A DNA stretch of 64,000 bases from Nemertoderma westbladi (taxonomy: Eukaryota > Animalia > Xenacoelomorpha), in the NCBI GenBank assembly GCA_032718475.1, contig JAUCBJ010002899.1, positions 33,178 to 97,177 on the forward strand, read 5' to 3'. Of the stretch, positions 25,140 to 37,711 are shown one piece after another; positions within the stretch are counted from its first letter, which is position 1; every line of letters starts with the position of its first letter. Made by a program: the position numbers and the translations under genes. The notes under the pieces were generated by a model that was not told where the DNA came from, searched no databases, and saw only the letters and a list, made by a program, of their open reading frames with translations.

Positions 25140-26255
25140 TTGAGTGCTTTTTTATATTAGTGAATGTTCTAGAACCTTAGAAGATTTTTTATGGTATAAT
25201 GCTAGTATTTTTTACTAGCTAGTAATAAGCTACACCAATCTAATGAAGTGCGCGATGTCGTAGGTGATTTAGCGGCCTTGGCATTCGGACCTCGAAATGT
25301 TATTCAGGAGCCGATGGTAAACGAGCGAGGCGCCGTGGATGTAACAGCTGGTCTTCGGTGTGATGTAGGGGTTCGGGGTGTTTTCAACCCACAGACTCAG
25401 GCGTTGATTGATATTAGGTTGGTTAACCTTGACGCCGAGTTATACTTGGGTCGCACCCCGATGTAAGTCCTCGAGTCTGCTGAAGACCAGAAGATCAGGC
25501 TGTATGCCGAGTCGGCTTGGGCTCGTCGGGCGGACTTTGCTCCTTTCGTTGCATCCTGTGATGGAGTGCTGGAGCCCCACGCGGATAAGATCCTGCGGAT
25601 AATCGCTCACCGACTCCATCGTTCCTGGCAGCGCCCCTACAGCACAGTCATGGGGTGGGTCCGTCGTCGGGTCCAATTCGCAATTCTTCGAGGAGCTTCC
25701 CACTGCATCCGAAGCTCTAGAATGAAGTGGCGAAGCGGACTTGGTCTCGAGGATGGCGCAGGACTTCCGGTACCCCCTATAGATATAAATGGATAACCGA
25801 GCTACCACAATTATGATTCTACTATTGGTTACAACATTATCACCTTCAGCTACCGAGGCGGGAAACTTTGTGGCTGAAGAGGAGAGTCACTTGTTCCTTA
25901 TGAGTCTAAATAAAACTTCCCCTTCGTTCCGGGTCATAAAGCACTCTCCAATCAAATGCTCAGACTCAGATACCATTAGCTAAATGAACAATGCCAGTAT
26001 TACTTAATTGTCAGGTGTCAAAGCGGGTGATAATTATTAGTTACATATATTATTCGTTTTCATTTTTGGGAATTATTTTGGTCATTAATATATTCTTCAA
26101 CAGTTTAATCTGAAATATCATGGACTTTCACATTTTTTTATAATTTCAAAAAATACTAGCTAGCAAAAAAACACTAGCTATCATAAAATACATATCTACT
26201 AATGTTCTAGAACTTTCACCAATACCAAAAAAAATAAAAAAATCTAAAAAAGGAT
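25140..26255. mobile_element. Inverted-repeat (MITE-like) shell around the CRE fragment
   Basis: TTAGTGAATGTTCTAGAACCTTAG...GCTAGTATTTTTTACTAGCTAGTA (25177-25224) is inverted at 26154-26223. Confidence 0.6.
25228..25796 (+). pseudogene. C-terminal restriction-like endonuclease domain of a CRE-clade non-LTR retrotransposon, one in-frame stop (25464-25466)
   Basis: NEVRD..EP..RCDVGVRGVF..IDIRL..EDQK..Y..FAPFV..G..YSTVMGWVR..AILRGASHCIRSSR matches the CRE RLE pattern as I recall it. Confidence 0.75.
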
Positions 26256-26489
26256 TGGTGAAAAAATGGCTGGGGTGTCGACAGGGCGAAGTAGGGACCG
26301 TGTTGCTTAACCCCTTACAGCCTATGACGTCCACTGCAGGTCACCATGGACAGCGCTAAGACGTGCAGTGGACGTCATGCTGGAATACATGGCAAAAAAT
26401 CCATTCTGTACTGTAGATAGGCTGTAATGTAGACTGTATTATTAGTGTTAGGTATATGGCGTAATGCCAACCACAGTACAGTAGTACAG

Positions 26490-26883
26490 ACTGACAGAAA
26501 GACCGATATCCAGACAGACTAGATTTTTTTAAACGTGAAAACTGACATCTGAAATGAAATCAGCACCCATTAAAACCCCCATAGCGAGAATGTTAGTTAG
26601 TTTGTATTATTTTTTAAGTTTTGACAAACTGACTGACTGACAGAAAGACCGACAAACAGACAGACTAGATTTATGTAAACCTGGAAACTGACATCAGAAA
26701 TGAAATCAGCACCCCTTAAAATCCCCATAGCGAGAATGTTAGTTAATTTGTATTCTTTTTATGTTTTGACAGACTGACTGACAGAATGACCGACAGACAG
26801 ACAGACTAGATTTATGTAAACGTGAAAACTGACATCAGAAATGTAATCAGCACCCCTTAAAACCCCCATAGCGAGAATGTTAA
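26490..26883. repeat. Three ~125-130 bp tandem units inside a TTAACCC-headed (piggyBac-like) MITE starting at ~26308
   Basis: GACTGACAGAAAGACCGA...GAAAACTGACATCAGAAATGAAATCAGCACCCC...CCCATAGCGAGAATGTTA x3; related units at 53900-54230. Confidence 0.75.
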
Positions 26884-28059
26884 CGACAAGTTTTAATTAT
26901 TAACCCTATTTCGTAAGATATATTATAAAACATTTATTTATTAATAATGCAATATTTGAATAACCAGATAACGGAAAGACAAACCGAATTGAAACTTTTA
27001 ATTACTAATAATAATTGTGGCGAGAGGGGATTGGGAATCAAGGATATATGTTATGTTATGGAGCACGCGTTGCTAGGCACAGGCAAATGAATTGCTGTCT
27101 GTCTGAGATGTATTGAAGGAGCACTATTCCGGGTATTCCTTCTACTAGACTACTACAGTTAGGCCATTATGTACTTATAACAACTGTTCGTTGTAAGACC
27201 TTTTACTAATTAAAGCCTTATAATCCGTGCTGAATGAAAATAGCAGTCCTTGTGTACTAGCCAAGGCGTCCTTGGACGCCTATGGGGGAGAATGGAATCA
27301 GCGTATGAATTTACAATTTACATGTTTAAATCAATTAAAAAGTACATTTATTAACGCAAATCACATGAAAAAATTAAAAACTATATGTATGAGGGATGTA
27401 TGTAAACTGTATGGGGATTCCAGATATCTATTTTTGGTGCAAAATAACTTTAATCGTATGTCGCTAAATAATTAATTTCCACGGAGAGACAGTTCAAAAT
27501 GACTCAACCATACAATTTAGCTGAAGATATTAACTTCGATTATGGCTTCCGACATTTATGGCTATCGACACACTGACACACACACAGACTTTTGAAAACG
27601 GCCATAGTATAATTATATCAGTTCGCTGATGGCACGCCATTCGTGTCTCGCTCCACACAACATGGCAACCTTCCACAACGCAGCAATCTATCTTGCTGGA
27701 GGAATTCAATCGGGCACCTGAGTTCCATGAGGTGAATTTCGAGATGATTGGCACCCATTTGGTTCTCAGTTGCCTTCTTTCTATTAATGGGAATGCTGGT
27801 GGGCCTTCTGGTCTCAATGTCCAGGGATAGAACTACTTAGTGACTCGATTCCAAGGAGACTCTTCCAAACTTTGTTCGAATATCGCAGCTTATTATATAT
27901 TTATATAATTTAGGCTGGACACATATACTGGTAGTCAGTGATTAATATCGGTCTGCTGTAATACTGTTCTATTTAATATATCAGTATACCAGTGTCTACC
28001 AGTGTATACCAGTATTTAATAATTGTTATATAACAACTATATTATATAGAGTAGCAATA

Positions 28060-28420
28060 TTAAGTAACTATAGGACTGACAGTTGATACTGGTTAATATT
28101 AGACTTACTTTTAACAGTTGTGATTGTAATAGGCATTTAGCTACGATCTTAGAGCATCTTAGAACAGACAATCTGTGAGCCAGATAGCAGTCTAGAAAAG
28201 ACCTGAGCGTGGTCTAAGACCTCGCTAAGGTCTGTCTGGGGGCCGGTTGGGAAGCCGATACAGGCAGCGACGCCCGCTAGGCTTTGTTATTATCGATAGA
28301 CACCGATTGACAGAGGAAGACCTTAGTATTAAGGAGAGATATACGCAAACTCTACAATCGTTTCTTGATAGTTTGTTGAGCGGTGACGCTAGTCAACCTA
28401 CTACTACTAGGATCGGCATG
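28060..28420 (+). mobile_element. Decayed second copy of the 5' end of the 1-2105 ORF family
   Basis: AGTTGATACTG..TAGACTT..TAGGCAT..ATCTGTGAGCCAGATAG matches the reverse complement of ~2040-2180. Confidence 0.55.
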
Positions 28421-28439
28421 CTGCATTGCAGCTGCATTT

Positions 28440-29670
28440 TTAAGAATGCTGTGCCGGCTTGTCAACAAAATTGCACCGCCACAACTCCCTATCACCCATG
28501 ACATTTGCTAGATCATCCGCATCTTTAAGGTCAGTGTCCTTTAAGATGCGTCTCAAGAAAGTCATGGGCTGTCCACCATGCTTATTCACTCCATGAGGCT
28601 GCCAAAGTACAAGATTATGCACTGGCTGGTCCTCGCGGCGAAAGCAATGTCCTGCAAAGCGGAGGCGATTTTGTTCTAGTGTCAAGTTTGGGGGAACCAA
28701 TGAGACACCTCCAATGTTATATAGTGTCTGGTTGGAGATGTGTGCATTGTACTTGACACAATGAACCAGGCGTAGCATTTTGTGAATGTGCCATCCAGAG
28801 ATTACAGTTAGCGTTTAGCAGTTAGCAGTTAGAGCCCAGCATGGACTCCCATAGAGGAGTACTGGAACTACTGTATTTGAAGGTCCTCACCTGACTTCCG
28901 GATCCTTGATCCCAGGTAACAGAAGTCGTCCACATGCTCAAGCATACCATCCTTTGAGCTTATGCTCATCCGATCAGAGACTTTCAAAGTTAACTGTCAA
29001 AATTGTTACTGTCAAACTGTCAAAAATATTGTATAGCTTTGCAGCAATCGAGATCAATGAGATTCCCCGAAAAGAACCATAGAGTGTTAGGTTGCCCTTC
29101 TTGGGAACTGGCACCAACTTATTTGTTTTCATTTCTTGTGGGACTCTTGTTGTTCGGTACATGTCTACTATGATGGGATAGATGAGCTTTAAACACTCAG
29201 TTATTTTAAAGACCTCAGGGGGAACACCATCTACTCCACTGGCACGATTGGTCTTAATGCTCTTTGCAGCAGCCTTCAGACTCAGAAACTTTTACTTCTA
29301 TAAAGTTATCAGGCAATACCCTGTCATTATTGAGGAGCTTTTCAAAGTGGGTCTTCCAACCATTGAGGCGATCGGCTGGTGATTCAGCCTTAACCTTGGT
29401 GGTTGGTTGGCTTTTCCGCCCAGTAAGCAAGTTGATCGATTTCCATGCCTGGGATGATTGCCTGCTGTCGTCGGCATCATTGATGGCATCAACCTGTTGG
29501 TCTATTAGCTCCTGTAGATTAACAGAGTACTGCCTGTTCATGGACCTAGATGCAGCCTTAACTGTATTCTTGGCCGCTGTAGTCTGTTTGAGTCGGGACT
29601 CTTTCTGCACCTTATATAGGTCATTTCGGCACTTCTGGATTTTGTTGTCAGTCCAGGGGGCCCTTTTTCT
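28440..29670 (-). mobile_element. RTE-like LINE fragment with internal deletions
   Basis: VPVPKKGNL..FRGISLISIAAKLYN; RLRFAGHCFR; DNA similarity to 11495-12850. Confidence 0.85.
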
Positions 29671-29679
29671 GTTTCGAGA

Positions 29680-30340
29680 GTATATATATATATATGTTTA
29701 TTGACAGATATTTTGAGTGAAATAACCAGGTACAAATACAAATACAAATAATCCTGAGAAGGGTAATTACATACAATGTAAACAAAACAATAAATGTCCA
29801 TTAAGAATAATAATACAGGCACTTAATGAAAAGAAAATTTAAATACTATGTAAGATAATATATATGATAATATAGATAATAAAGCATTTCCTAATTTAAC
29901 TAAACATCTCTTGAATCTTGTAACAATAAGCACATAAGCTAGCCAATTTCACTTTAGGGCAACTAAATAAATCATGGATATAGTTATAATTATCAAAACC
30001 AAAATTAGACCTTAAAATAGCAGTATACCGACAACGAAGCAAAACATGTTCTTCATTTTGCACTGAGCTTAAATCACACGAACATACTCGGTCTTCGGAT
30101 GGGATACGAGCCCATCTTCCTTTCTCACTAGCTAAGTTATGTGAGAAGGTGCGATATCGAGTAAATGCAGTGCGATGAAAGTCGGGAATATAGGCGGTAC
30201 TACTTAAATAAATATCATGCACACCTAATTTAGGATTTAGTATACTACGATATAACTGAAACTTAGTAGCTGTAATTGGTTTAGCTAAAACTTTTAATCT
30301 TACTGCACTTAGAGATACTGAGGAAAAGTTAATATTGGTT
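29680..30340 (-). mobile_element. 3' end of a non-LTR retrotransposon with C-terminal CCHC finger (RTEX-like) and (TA)n tail
   Basis: RTFSHNLASEKGRW...RVCSC...EEHVLLRC; AATAAA+(TA)n at ~29681-29702. Confidence 0.75.
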
Positions 30341-31359
30341 GATTCACTTAGTAAGCAATACAGGAACTGTTTCTGCAGCTGCTAACTTAACTGCTTATGT
30401 GAAAGCAGTATAGCCCTCACAGTGATCTGCCGCCTCAGAGGCAAGGACCTCATACCTGGCAAATACCACACCCTGGTTTGCCTTTCCACAGGGTGGGTGT
30501 CGCAGTGGAGTCAGATATGAGGCCCATCACCCATATCTACTGCAGCGCACATTACCCACCATTGGCTGTGCAGCTCATCTGCTGGGTCATGCCCTGTACC
30601 CCTGCTGCCAGGTGCAGGTCGCAGTGAAGTGTACTCAGAGTGGATATGAGAACACTCTACTCCTGACGAGCCATTGGCAGATCACCATCTGCTTGGCCAG
30701 GCCATATACCCCTGCAGCCAAGTATATGGGTCCTTAATCCAGGACCAACGGCGTCCTTATCCCAGAACGATGGGGGTCCTAGTTACAGGACCAGATTTGC
30801 CCTAGTAATAGGGTTTATGCAGCTACAGGTGGCACCTCCTTTATGCTGCATGGGGGTGGCAAGTTTTCTTGATCAATGACCTAGAATACCTGACCTGACC
30901 TAAATGAGTACAAGGTGAGGGAACAGGAATTAGAAAGAACTGTTAATCCCCGAAAATTTCTCACTACCCACAGTCTACCCATGGCAGTCGTGCAAACGAC
31001 TAAAGCAGGACCAGTACAAGCTGCTGTACAAGCAACGGGCCTTAAAGGTTGTGCACACTCGACCCCTTAGGTCCTCAGATAAACGTGTCGATATCGTAGT
31101 TCCACCACAGGAGAGAAGTGGACCTCCTATGGATGTTGATCAACCGGGTACCTCGACCGGCGGATACACCGACTGCAACCCAAACCCTTCTGATGTAATT
31201 GTATTGCACCTACTAAAGTGGCTCGTGCCATGGAGAAAAAGACTACCCAAAGGTTTAAAAAACTCCACAAACATCGTTCTAGAAAGAAGGATTGATTATT
31301 TAGAGCAGTAAATTTAATAGAAACTGTGACTCTATGTATATTTTATACACTTAAGTCCC

Positions 31360-31700
31360 CTTAAGTAAAATTGGTGACAGTCAGCAAATTAGCGTATTTC
31401 AGCATTATTGTCAGTTACATGAGTGTGAGCGATTAATAATACATTCCTAAAGAATGTAAACATTTGCGTTATCTCATGACTATCCATTGTAATTAGTATA
31501 AGTCATAACTCTGCATGGTATTTAAAGCGCAGCATCTATAGAAACTGCTGGAAATCCCTGAAAATAAACATAGTTTTTGGAGTTTTTCGATCGAATAAAA
31601 TAAAGTAGCCTACCACTCTCTCTGCTATAGAATTCAGTCTCCCACACCCGGTGGGTCATACTCCGCACTAGGCCGCTAGACTGACTTCGGCTGTGTTCAT
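31360..31700 (-). repeat. Third, more diverged partial copy of the ~1 kb LTR-like repeat
   Basis: CCTAAAGAATG..ATTAGTATAAGTCATAACTCTG..TAAAGCGC..CAGTCTCCC..CTTCGGCTG is colinear with 7330-7680. Confidence 0.7.
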
Positions 31701-31704
31701 ATTT

Positions 31705-32300
31705 TGTACGGGCTGTCAGACATTATAAGACACAATGTCACCGAATCGCGTGGTCCCGGTTTCGTCTGGGGAGCCATAACTTTCCAATCGAAAAAATTAG
31801 ATGGTGAGAGTAAAACCGAAAAATCGAATGTGTGGATGTGGAGCAGTTTAGACGGAGGAACACATCATAACTGTGTGCCCAAAAACGGCGGAATCTAGAT
31901 TATCAGTTAAAGGTAACTGGAACGATCTGACCACCCTATTTGACATGGACGACCAAGTAAATGTAGCAAAAATGATTTACCAAATGGGGAATGATTATGG
32001 AATTTTACGCTTTCGATAATGTATTAATCTATTGTAATTTTTGAGGGCCACTCACGGGGCGGGGGTGCTAGTTATTTATTGATTAATTTTTTATATATCC
32101 TCATTTGTTAACTTATTGTGCTATTTTAATGATGTAATCTACTATGTATGTACTTTTCAGTATCACACGGCCCATACAAATGTATAATTATTTATTTTAC
32201 CCACGGTCTGCACTACATTGATCTTACCTTGTATTATGTTTTTATTGGTGTAATAATGTATATAAATGTATTACTGTGCTGATAATAAACAATCAATCAA
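31705..32300 (+). mobile_element. Decayed LINE 3' end
   Basis: CGC..TEEHIITVC zinc-finger remnant; ends AATAAA(CAAT)n at ~32285. Confidence 0.5.
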
Positions 32301-32302
32301 AA

Positions 32303-32435
32303 TCCCATCTTCCCACATTCCCATCCATCTTCCCACATTCCCATCCATCTTCCCGCATTCCCACCTTCCCATCTTCCCACATTCCCATCCACCCACATTC
32401 CTCATCTTCCCACATTCCTACCCACCCACCCGCCC
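32303..32435. repeat. Pyrimidine-rich minisatellite (CCCATCTTCCCACATT variants)
   Basis: Direct inspection. Confidence 0.85.
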
Positions 32436-33504
32436 ACCTTCTCGCTCACTGACCGACTGATCAACAGACAAACCCCCTAATAAAAGAGGACTTCGCGCAG
32501 CACATGAATACAAATACCCCCCATGTGAAGTTTCCCAGACTGTTTGGCAAGATGGTCGAAAATACGAAAGTTGCCTAATGATAGTGAATGGGCCAAATTC
32601 CTTTTTGATGTGTTTTTTATATCGCTGGGAAAGGGAATCCTGGGAAATTTCACATGGGCCCCATGTAGACTCGCAGGTAGGTAATATTAAATATTTTCTT
32701 TCAGATACAGTTAATTCGTTTTTTAAATAAATAGCTGTGCTTCCGCGGTTTCTTTTTCCGTATGCTCGGTTGGTAGTTAGTGGCCCCGTGAGTACCCTGA
32801 TTAAAAGTTATCTAGGTCAGAATCATCAGTGAGGAGTGTTTCAGTGAATGTTAGTATGTCAAATTGGGTGTTAAATGAAGATAGAGGTAGTCAATAATAG
32901 CGGAAAAGTTTAGTTCTAGTTTTAGTTTTAGGCAGTTTATATTAAAAATGGATAAGTTGTTGTTTTTTATATTATTTAATCTGTTATTAAATTTAAGTTC
33001 ATCGTAGTAGGCCTATTGACAATAATTTAGATTTTAATTTTTAAATCTGGATCAATATAGTTAAAAGTGCCCATTATAGTCAGTATAAATTTCAGGTAAT
33101 AGAATATCACCATCAACATCTATAGCGTAAATTGGTTTGACAGAAGTCAAATAAGTTTGTCATAAAGACAGGAAGTTTTAGAGAAACAAATGAGGCGTTT
33201 TTACAATACAATACTAATATAATGAATAAGTGAGTAACGCACATAAATCTTGATACAAGTCCAATATATAACCAATTTACTACATTCACTTACTACAGCT
33301 GAACGTATTACTAACTACTGTACAAACAATGGACATTCTACTGTAGGAATAGGACTGTATACAATGAGTTATGGTGTGATATTGTCAAAGGACTAATTAG
33401 AATAAATTACTAATTAAGATAGTTAATGTTGCATTATACGGAATTTGTCACAACATCATCATCAGAGAAAAAAATATCATTATCATCAGTTGAAACATCT
33501 ACTC

Positions 33505-35537
33505 CAGTCCCTGGCTTTAGACCCCGTAGGAATTTTGGGGTGGACGGGGTTTCTCACCGAATCCTAGTTGGACATACATATATGGGTGAAAAAAACTTGG
33601 GTAGACTTTCTGGTTCCTGGGCGTAAGTTTTTTATAGCCATTTGTTTTGAGCGTCCGTGAGCTGTTCACAATTTCAAAAATTGTGGCGATTTGAGTATTT
33701 ACTATGACAGTTTCCAACGTCACATAATAATACACTTTAAAAATTGTGGTGAAAGTGGTAAAACATACCAGCGAATTTTTGCGTTATACGCCACATAATA
33801 TACAGTACCTGTTTTTTAATACATTGTGAAAAGATCCAATTATTTCATGTAATAATGTTACCTATACATATTTTCTATGCTGTGCAAGTAAATACATTGT
33901 GTTCTAGAATACTAGCTACTAATTTATAGCTATTAATAAAATTTGTTACATCATTTTAAGTATTTATTTTCAACATCATTTTAAGTATTTATTTTAAACA
34001 TAAATCATTAATTTAAAATAAAAACAGAAAGCAAAAGTTCTTGGTCTCACCGATAATGTTCGCTAAATGGTATTTTCCGAACTTCAGGGTCCCCATAAAC
34101 ATAACCATGTAGACTAATTATTTCTGTTACTGCACATCTTTCGCTATATTTTTCAATAAGAAATATCACAGAAGTAAATAAAGTGTTGTTACAAGATGCG
34201 CTTAAAGGATTCATATTGGGTGTGTTGGATAACCAACCGTGGGACACTATCTTAAGTGGTGTAGTTTGCGAAGATGAATCTATACCTGGAGTAATTCTAA
34301 AACGAACAGTGGAGGAGCGATCGAGGGTCTGGAGAAGTTCAACATTGAAGAAGCAGACCTGCGTCTCATTCCACATATTTTGAACGCGGTTAAAGATGGA
34401 TCTGAAAGAATCATCGTGCTCTCAAATGATACTGATGTGTTGGTGCTGCTCATCCATTTCTAAAACACTTTTCACGAGAATGGTTTGTCAGAGTTATGGA
34501 TGAGAAAAACGTCAACAGAACTTATCCCAATTCATCGACTTGTGGAACAGATCGGTCCTATTAGTGAGGCTATACTTGCATGTCATTACCTCACTGGATC
34601 TGATGTTACTAGCAAAATAGGCACCAAAAGGGCAGCCCTAAAGGTGCACCCAGAACTCTATTTAAAGAACTTCGGGCAATGTTTCCCACCTAATAAAGAG
34701 TCATTCAAACATGCAGAGCAATATTTCGTAAAGGTCATAAAGCCACGATCGACTAGTAAAACGTTTGACAGTCTTCGATCCGAAATCGTTAGACAAGAAG
34801 GTGCTCCAAACTTATTAAACCTTCCTTGTTCAAGTCATTCATTGCAGGGTCATTTGTTGCGCGCCTTCTACAATGTTTATTTGTGTACATCAGTATTAAA
34901 TAGTAACTCGCCCAACCTAGAACCAACAGATTATGGATGGTCTATTAATGAGAATGACTCATCAATCATGCCCGATCCTTGGAATAATGAACTACCTAAA
35001 TGGGCGACGATTACTTGCTTCTGCAAGAAGTGCAATACTATGCGATGCAGATGCCGGAAAGATATCGTTTCTTGCACATCATTTTGCAAATGCAATTTTG
35101 AAATGGAGTGCGAAAATATTCCATAATAAGAACATTTTATAATTCATAGCATTTAATTAACATTATATAACATTTCATAATAAATTCACTCAGTGATCAT
35201 ATCAATATAACTATTTTACTGTGCCCTCGTTTCTTTATAACTCGCTTCGATCGGTTTATGATGAATTGGAGCATCGTAAAACCGTTATATTTGGTTAACT
35301 CTGGTAACAACAGCTAAATAATAATTATCATTTGTACTCTTGATTTGGAAAAGTGATGCGGACACAGAGGAATATTTGTATATTTATGACGTCATAAAAT
35401 CACGTCATAAAAAACTTAGGCCCAGGAACCTAAAAGTCTACCCAATTTTTTTTTCTTCATTTTTGGACCCCAAACCCAGTTCAAGTGAGAAACGGCGTCC
35501 ACCTCGAAATTCCTACGGGACTTAAGGCCAGGGACTG
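33505..35537 (+). mobile_element. Internally deleted Academ-like DNA transposon with ~125 bp TIRs
   Basis: CAGTCCCTGGCTTTAGACCCCGTAGGAATTT... is inverted at the right end (...AAATTCCTACGGGACTTAAGGCCAGGGACTG); no TSD recognisable. Confidence 0.75.
34183..35126 (+). pseudogene. XPG/FEN1-like nuclease plus Cys-rich (CXC/Cys8) C-terminal portion of an Academ-type transposase
   Basis: EEADLRLIPH, SNDTDVLVL, HYLTGSDVTS, GHLLRA, PTDYGW, CFCKKCNTMRCRCRK...CTSFCKC; frameshift near 34320 and stop near 34461. Confidence 0.7.
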
Positions 35538-36281
35538 GATTAATCAGTAAATGGTATTTATATAATGTAACAGTGTATGCAATAAATATCATTTTCAAAA
35601 TTTTATATATCTTGTGTTTCTACTCATGTACCACATTGAAAATGATGAGTGCGCTTGTAGATAGAACAATTTAGCAATGTATTATTGTTATCAATTTGGG
35701 AAAAATAGAAATCGCAAAAGGTAATGGAATAGTTTGATGGCATAAGTTGTGGCAATTTCGTTTTAAAATACGGTCGGAATGAGTTCCGGCTAAACAAACG
35801 TTTAAAGGCAACCAAAACAAGATCTGACATTAAAGTTTACAAATAATATAACATAATCCACCGCCACCATTTAATAGATTATGATTTTATGTTAATCTGG
35901 TTAATTATAACGTAATTAATACCTGTATTACTAAAATACATTGGTGTATTCGTACACATATACATGTATATTAAAATGAAATGAATTTGGATCTTATTAA
36001 TAATGTCGAATATATAAATAACTTGGTTCCATTGACAATTTAATAATATTAATTATTTATAATATTAACTATTTATTATATTGTGTATATTGTAGGATTA
36101 ACATATAATGAGCGGATATTATAGAATAGATTTGGAGTTGCTTCCTTCTAACTAATAAAAAAAATAACAAAAAAATGTGGATATATTCCAACAACATTGT
36201 TTATCATACGTACTTTATAAAGCCCTTATGTACCAACTAGTTTTAATAATCTGTAGACCGGTAGTGCTATTATAGAATAAC

Positions 36282-36977
36282 CAGAGATGGACACGGGCCG
36301 GGCGAGCCCACGTGCCGGGCCGGGTCGGGCTTGGGCCGCATTCTATATTGGAAAGCCTGATATTGTTGTGACATTTTTTTTTCACAAAATAATATTAAAT
36401 ATCTTTATTTATTTTCCTGATGGTTGTTTCATGATTTATTTGTGCCTTTGTTTAACTTTGTAATGTACCTTTTGCTTTTTTACAGAATCACATACATATT
36501 CTGATATTATTAAGTAGAGCCTATAAGGATACAGACTCATACATAGGCTTACCATCTCACAGGCCAGTATGCAGTATCCACCATCCATCTTATACAACTA
36601 AAACACGTTAGGATCACGCTTTTATTAAATAATTTTAGACCAAGAAGCAGCTTGGTCTAGTGGTGACATTCCTGGGCTACCAATTAGGAAGCCCTTGTTC
36701 GATCCCCAGATGGGGCAGCTCTGTTTGGGCACAGTGCTTTAAAAATGCTGCAGCCTAGCCCAACCCCGGCTTACATCCTTCAGTGGCCGATAAATGGGAA
36801 CCAATGTAACTTGGGAAACTCCCATTATTTTTATTAATTGTTATCGTTGCATGTAGATTGATCAGAAAAGTTAACATTTTATTTTATGCTGTAATGTTTA
36901 GAAAAATTAAAAAAAGCGGGCCTGGTCCGAGGTGCGCCGGGCCCGGGCCGTGAAATACCGGCCCGTGAACATCTCTG
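36282..36977. mobile_element. hAT-type MITE
   Basis: TIRs CAGAGATGGACACGGGCCGG / CCGGCCCGTGAACATCTCTG; 8 bp TSD AGAATAAC / TGAATAAC. Confidence 0.85.
36640..36825 (+). mobile_element. tRNA-derived SINE nested in the hAT MITE
   Basis: A-box TGGTCTAGTGG and B-box GTTCGATCCC, then a CATCCTTCAGTGGCCGATAAATGGGAACC core resembling conserved metazoan SINE central domains. Confidence 0.65.
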
Positions 36978-37711
36978 TGAATAACTAAACTAACCATTAA
37001 TACTAATTACCGGTACATATATACATAATAACTACAGGAATAAAATAGCGCCCATGTGAAGAATACCAGGATTTCACTTTTCGGTCGACTTTTTATTGGA
37101 ATTTTATATATGAAGTTTTATATTTTTTTTAATTTATCTTTATTAAGTGTTTTATAGCTCTTATTTCTGTCTTACAACCTGTACATATACTAATTAGTTT
37201 ATTGTTTTAGTTATATTAGTTCTATAACCTGTGTTTTTGGTGAAAACCTGATATTCTTCACATGGGGGTAACTGCAAAGTGAAATATAACGGCAGAAAGT
37301 CAGGTATTCTTCACAAGGGCCAAAAATAGGATACATCAAACTTTGTTTAACTTCACCATTTTGTATAGTTTGTGAACGCACAGATTAATAATAATATGTT
37401 GCTGGTAGTGCTTTATTTAAGATCTTCGGAATTACTTATTGGTATTAAGTATCGGGTATCGGAATTGGTATTAAAGTCATTCAAGGAGACAGTTCATGCG
37501 TTAGTAGACGCGGACCTTTGCACGATTTCACGCTAGTTTTAAATGTGGTTGAATCTTTGCCTTTACTGAGGTAGGGCTGCTAGGGAAGGGGTAATATTGT
37601 ATGGCACACATCCTATTCCTATTAAAATTAATCAATATATTTGGTCAAATCCATTGTTCTGTAATATATTAATAATTAATTTACTTTATCCCAACAAAGT
37701 TGAATCTGTTT

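Noticed and set aside
36650-36720. tRNA gene
   Set aside because: Has A/B boxes but no convincing cloverleaf or acceptor stem, and it continues into a SINE-like body
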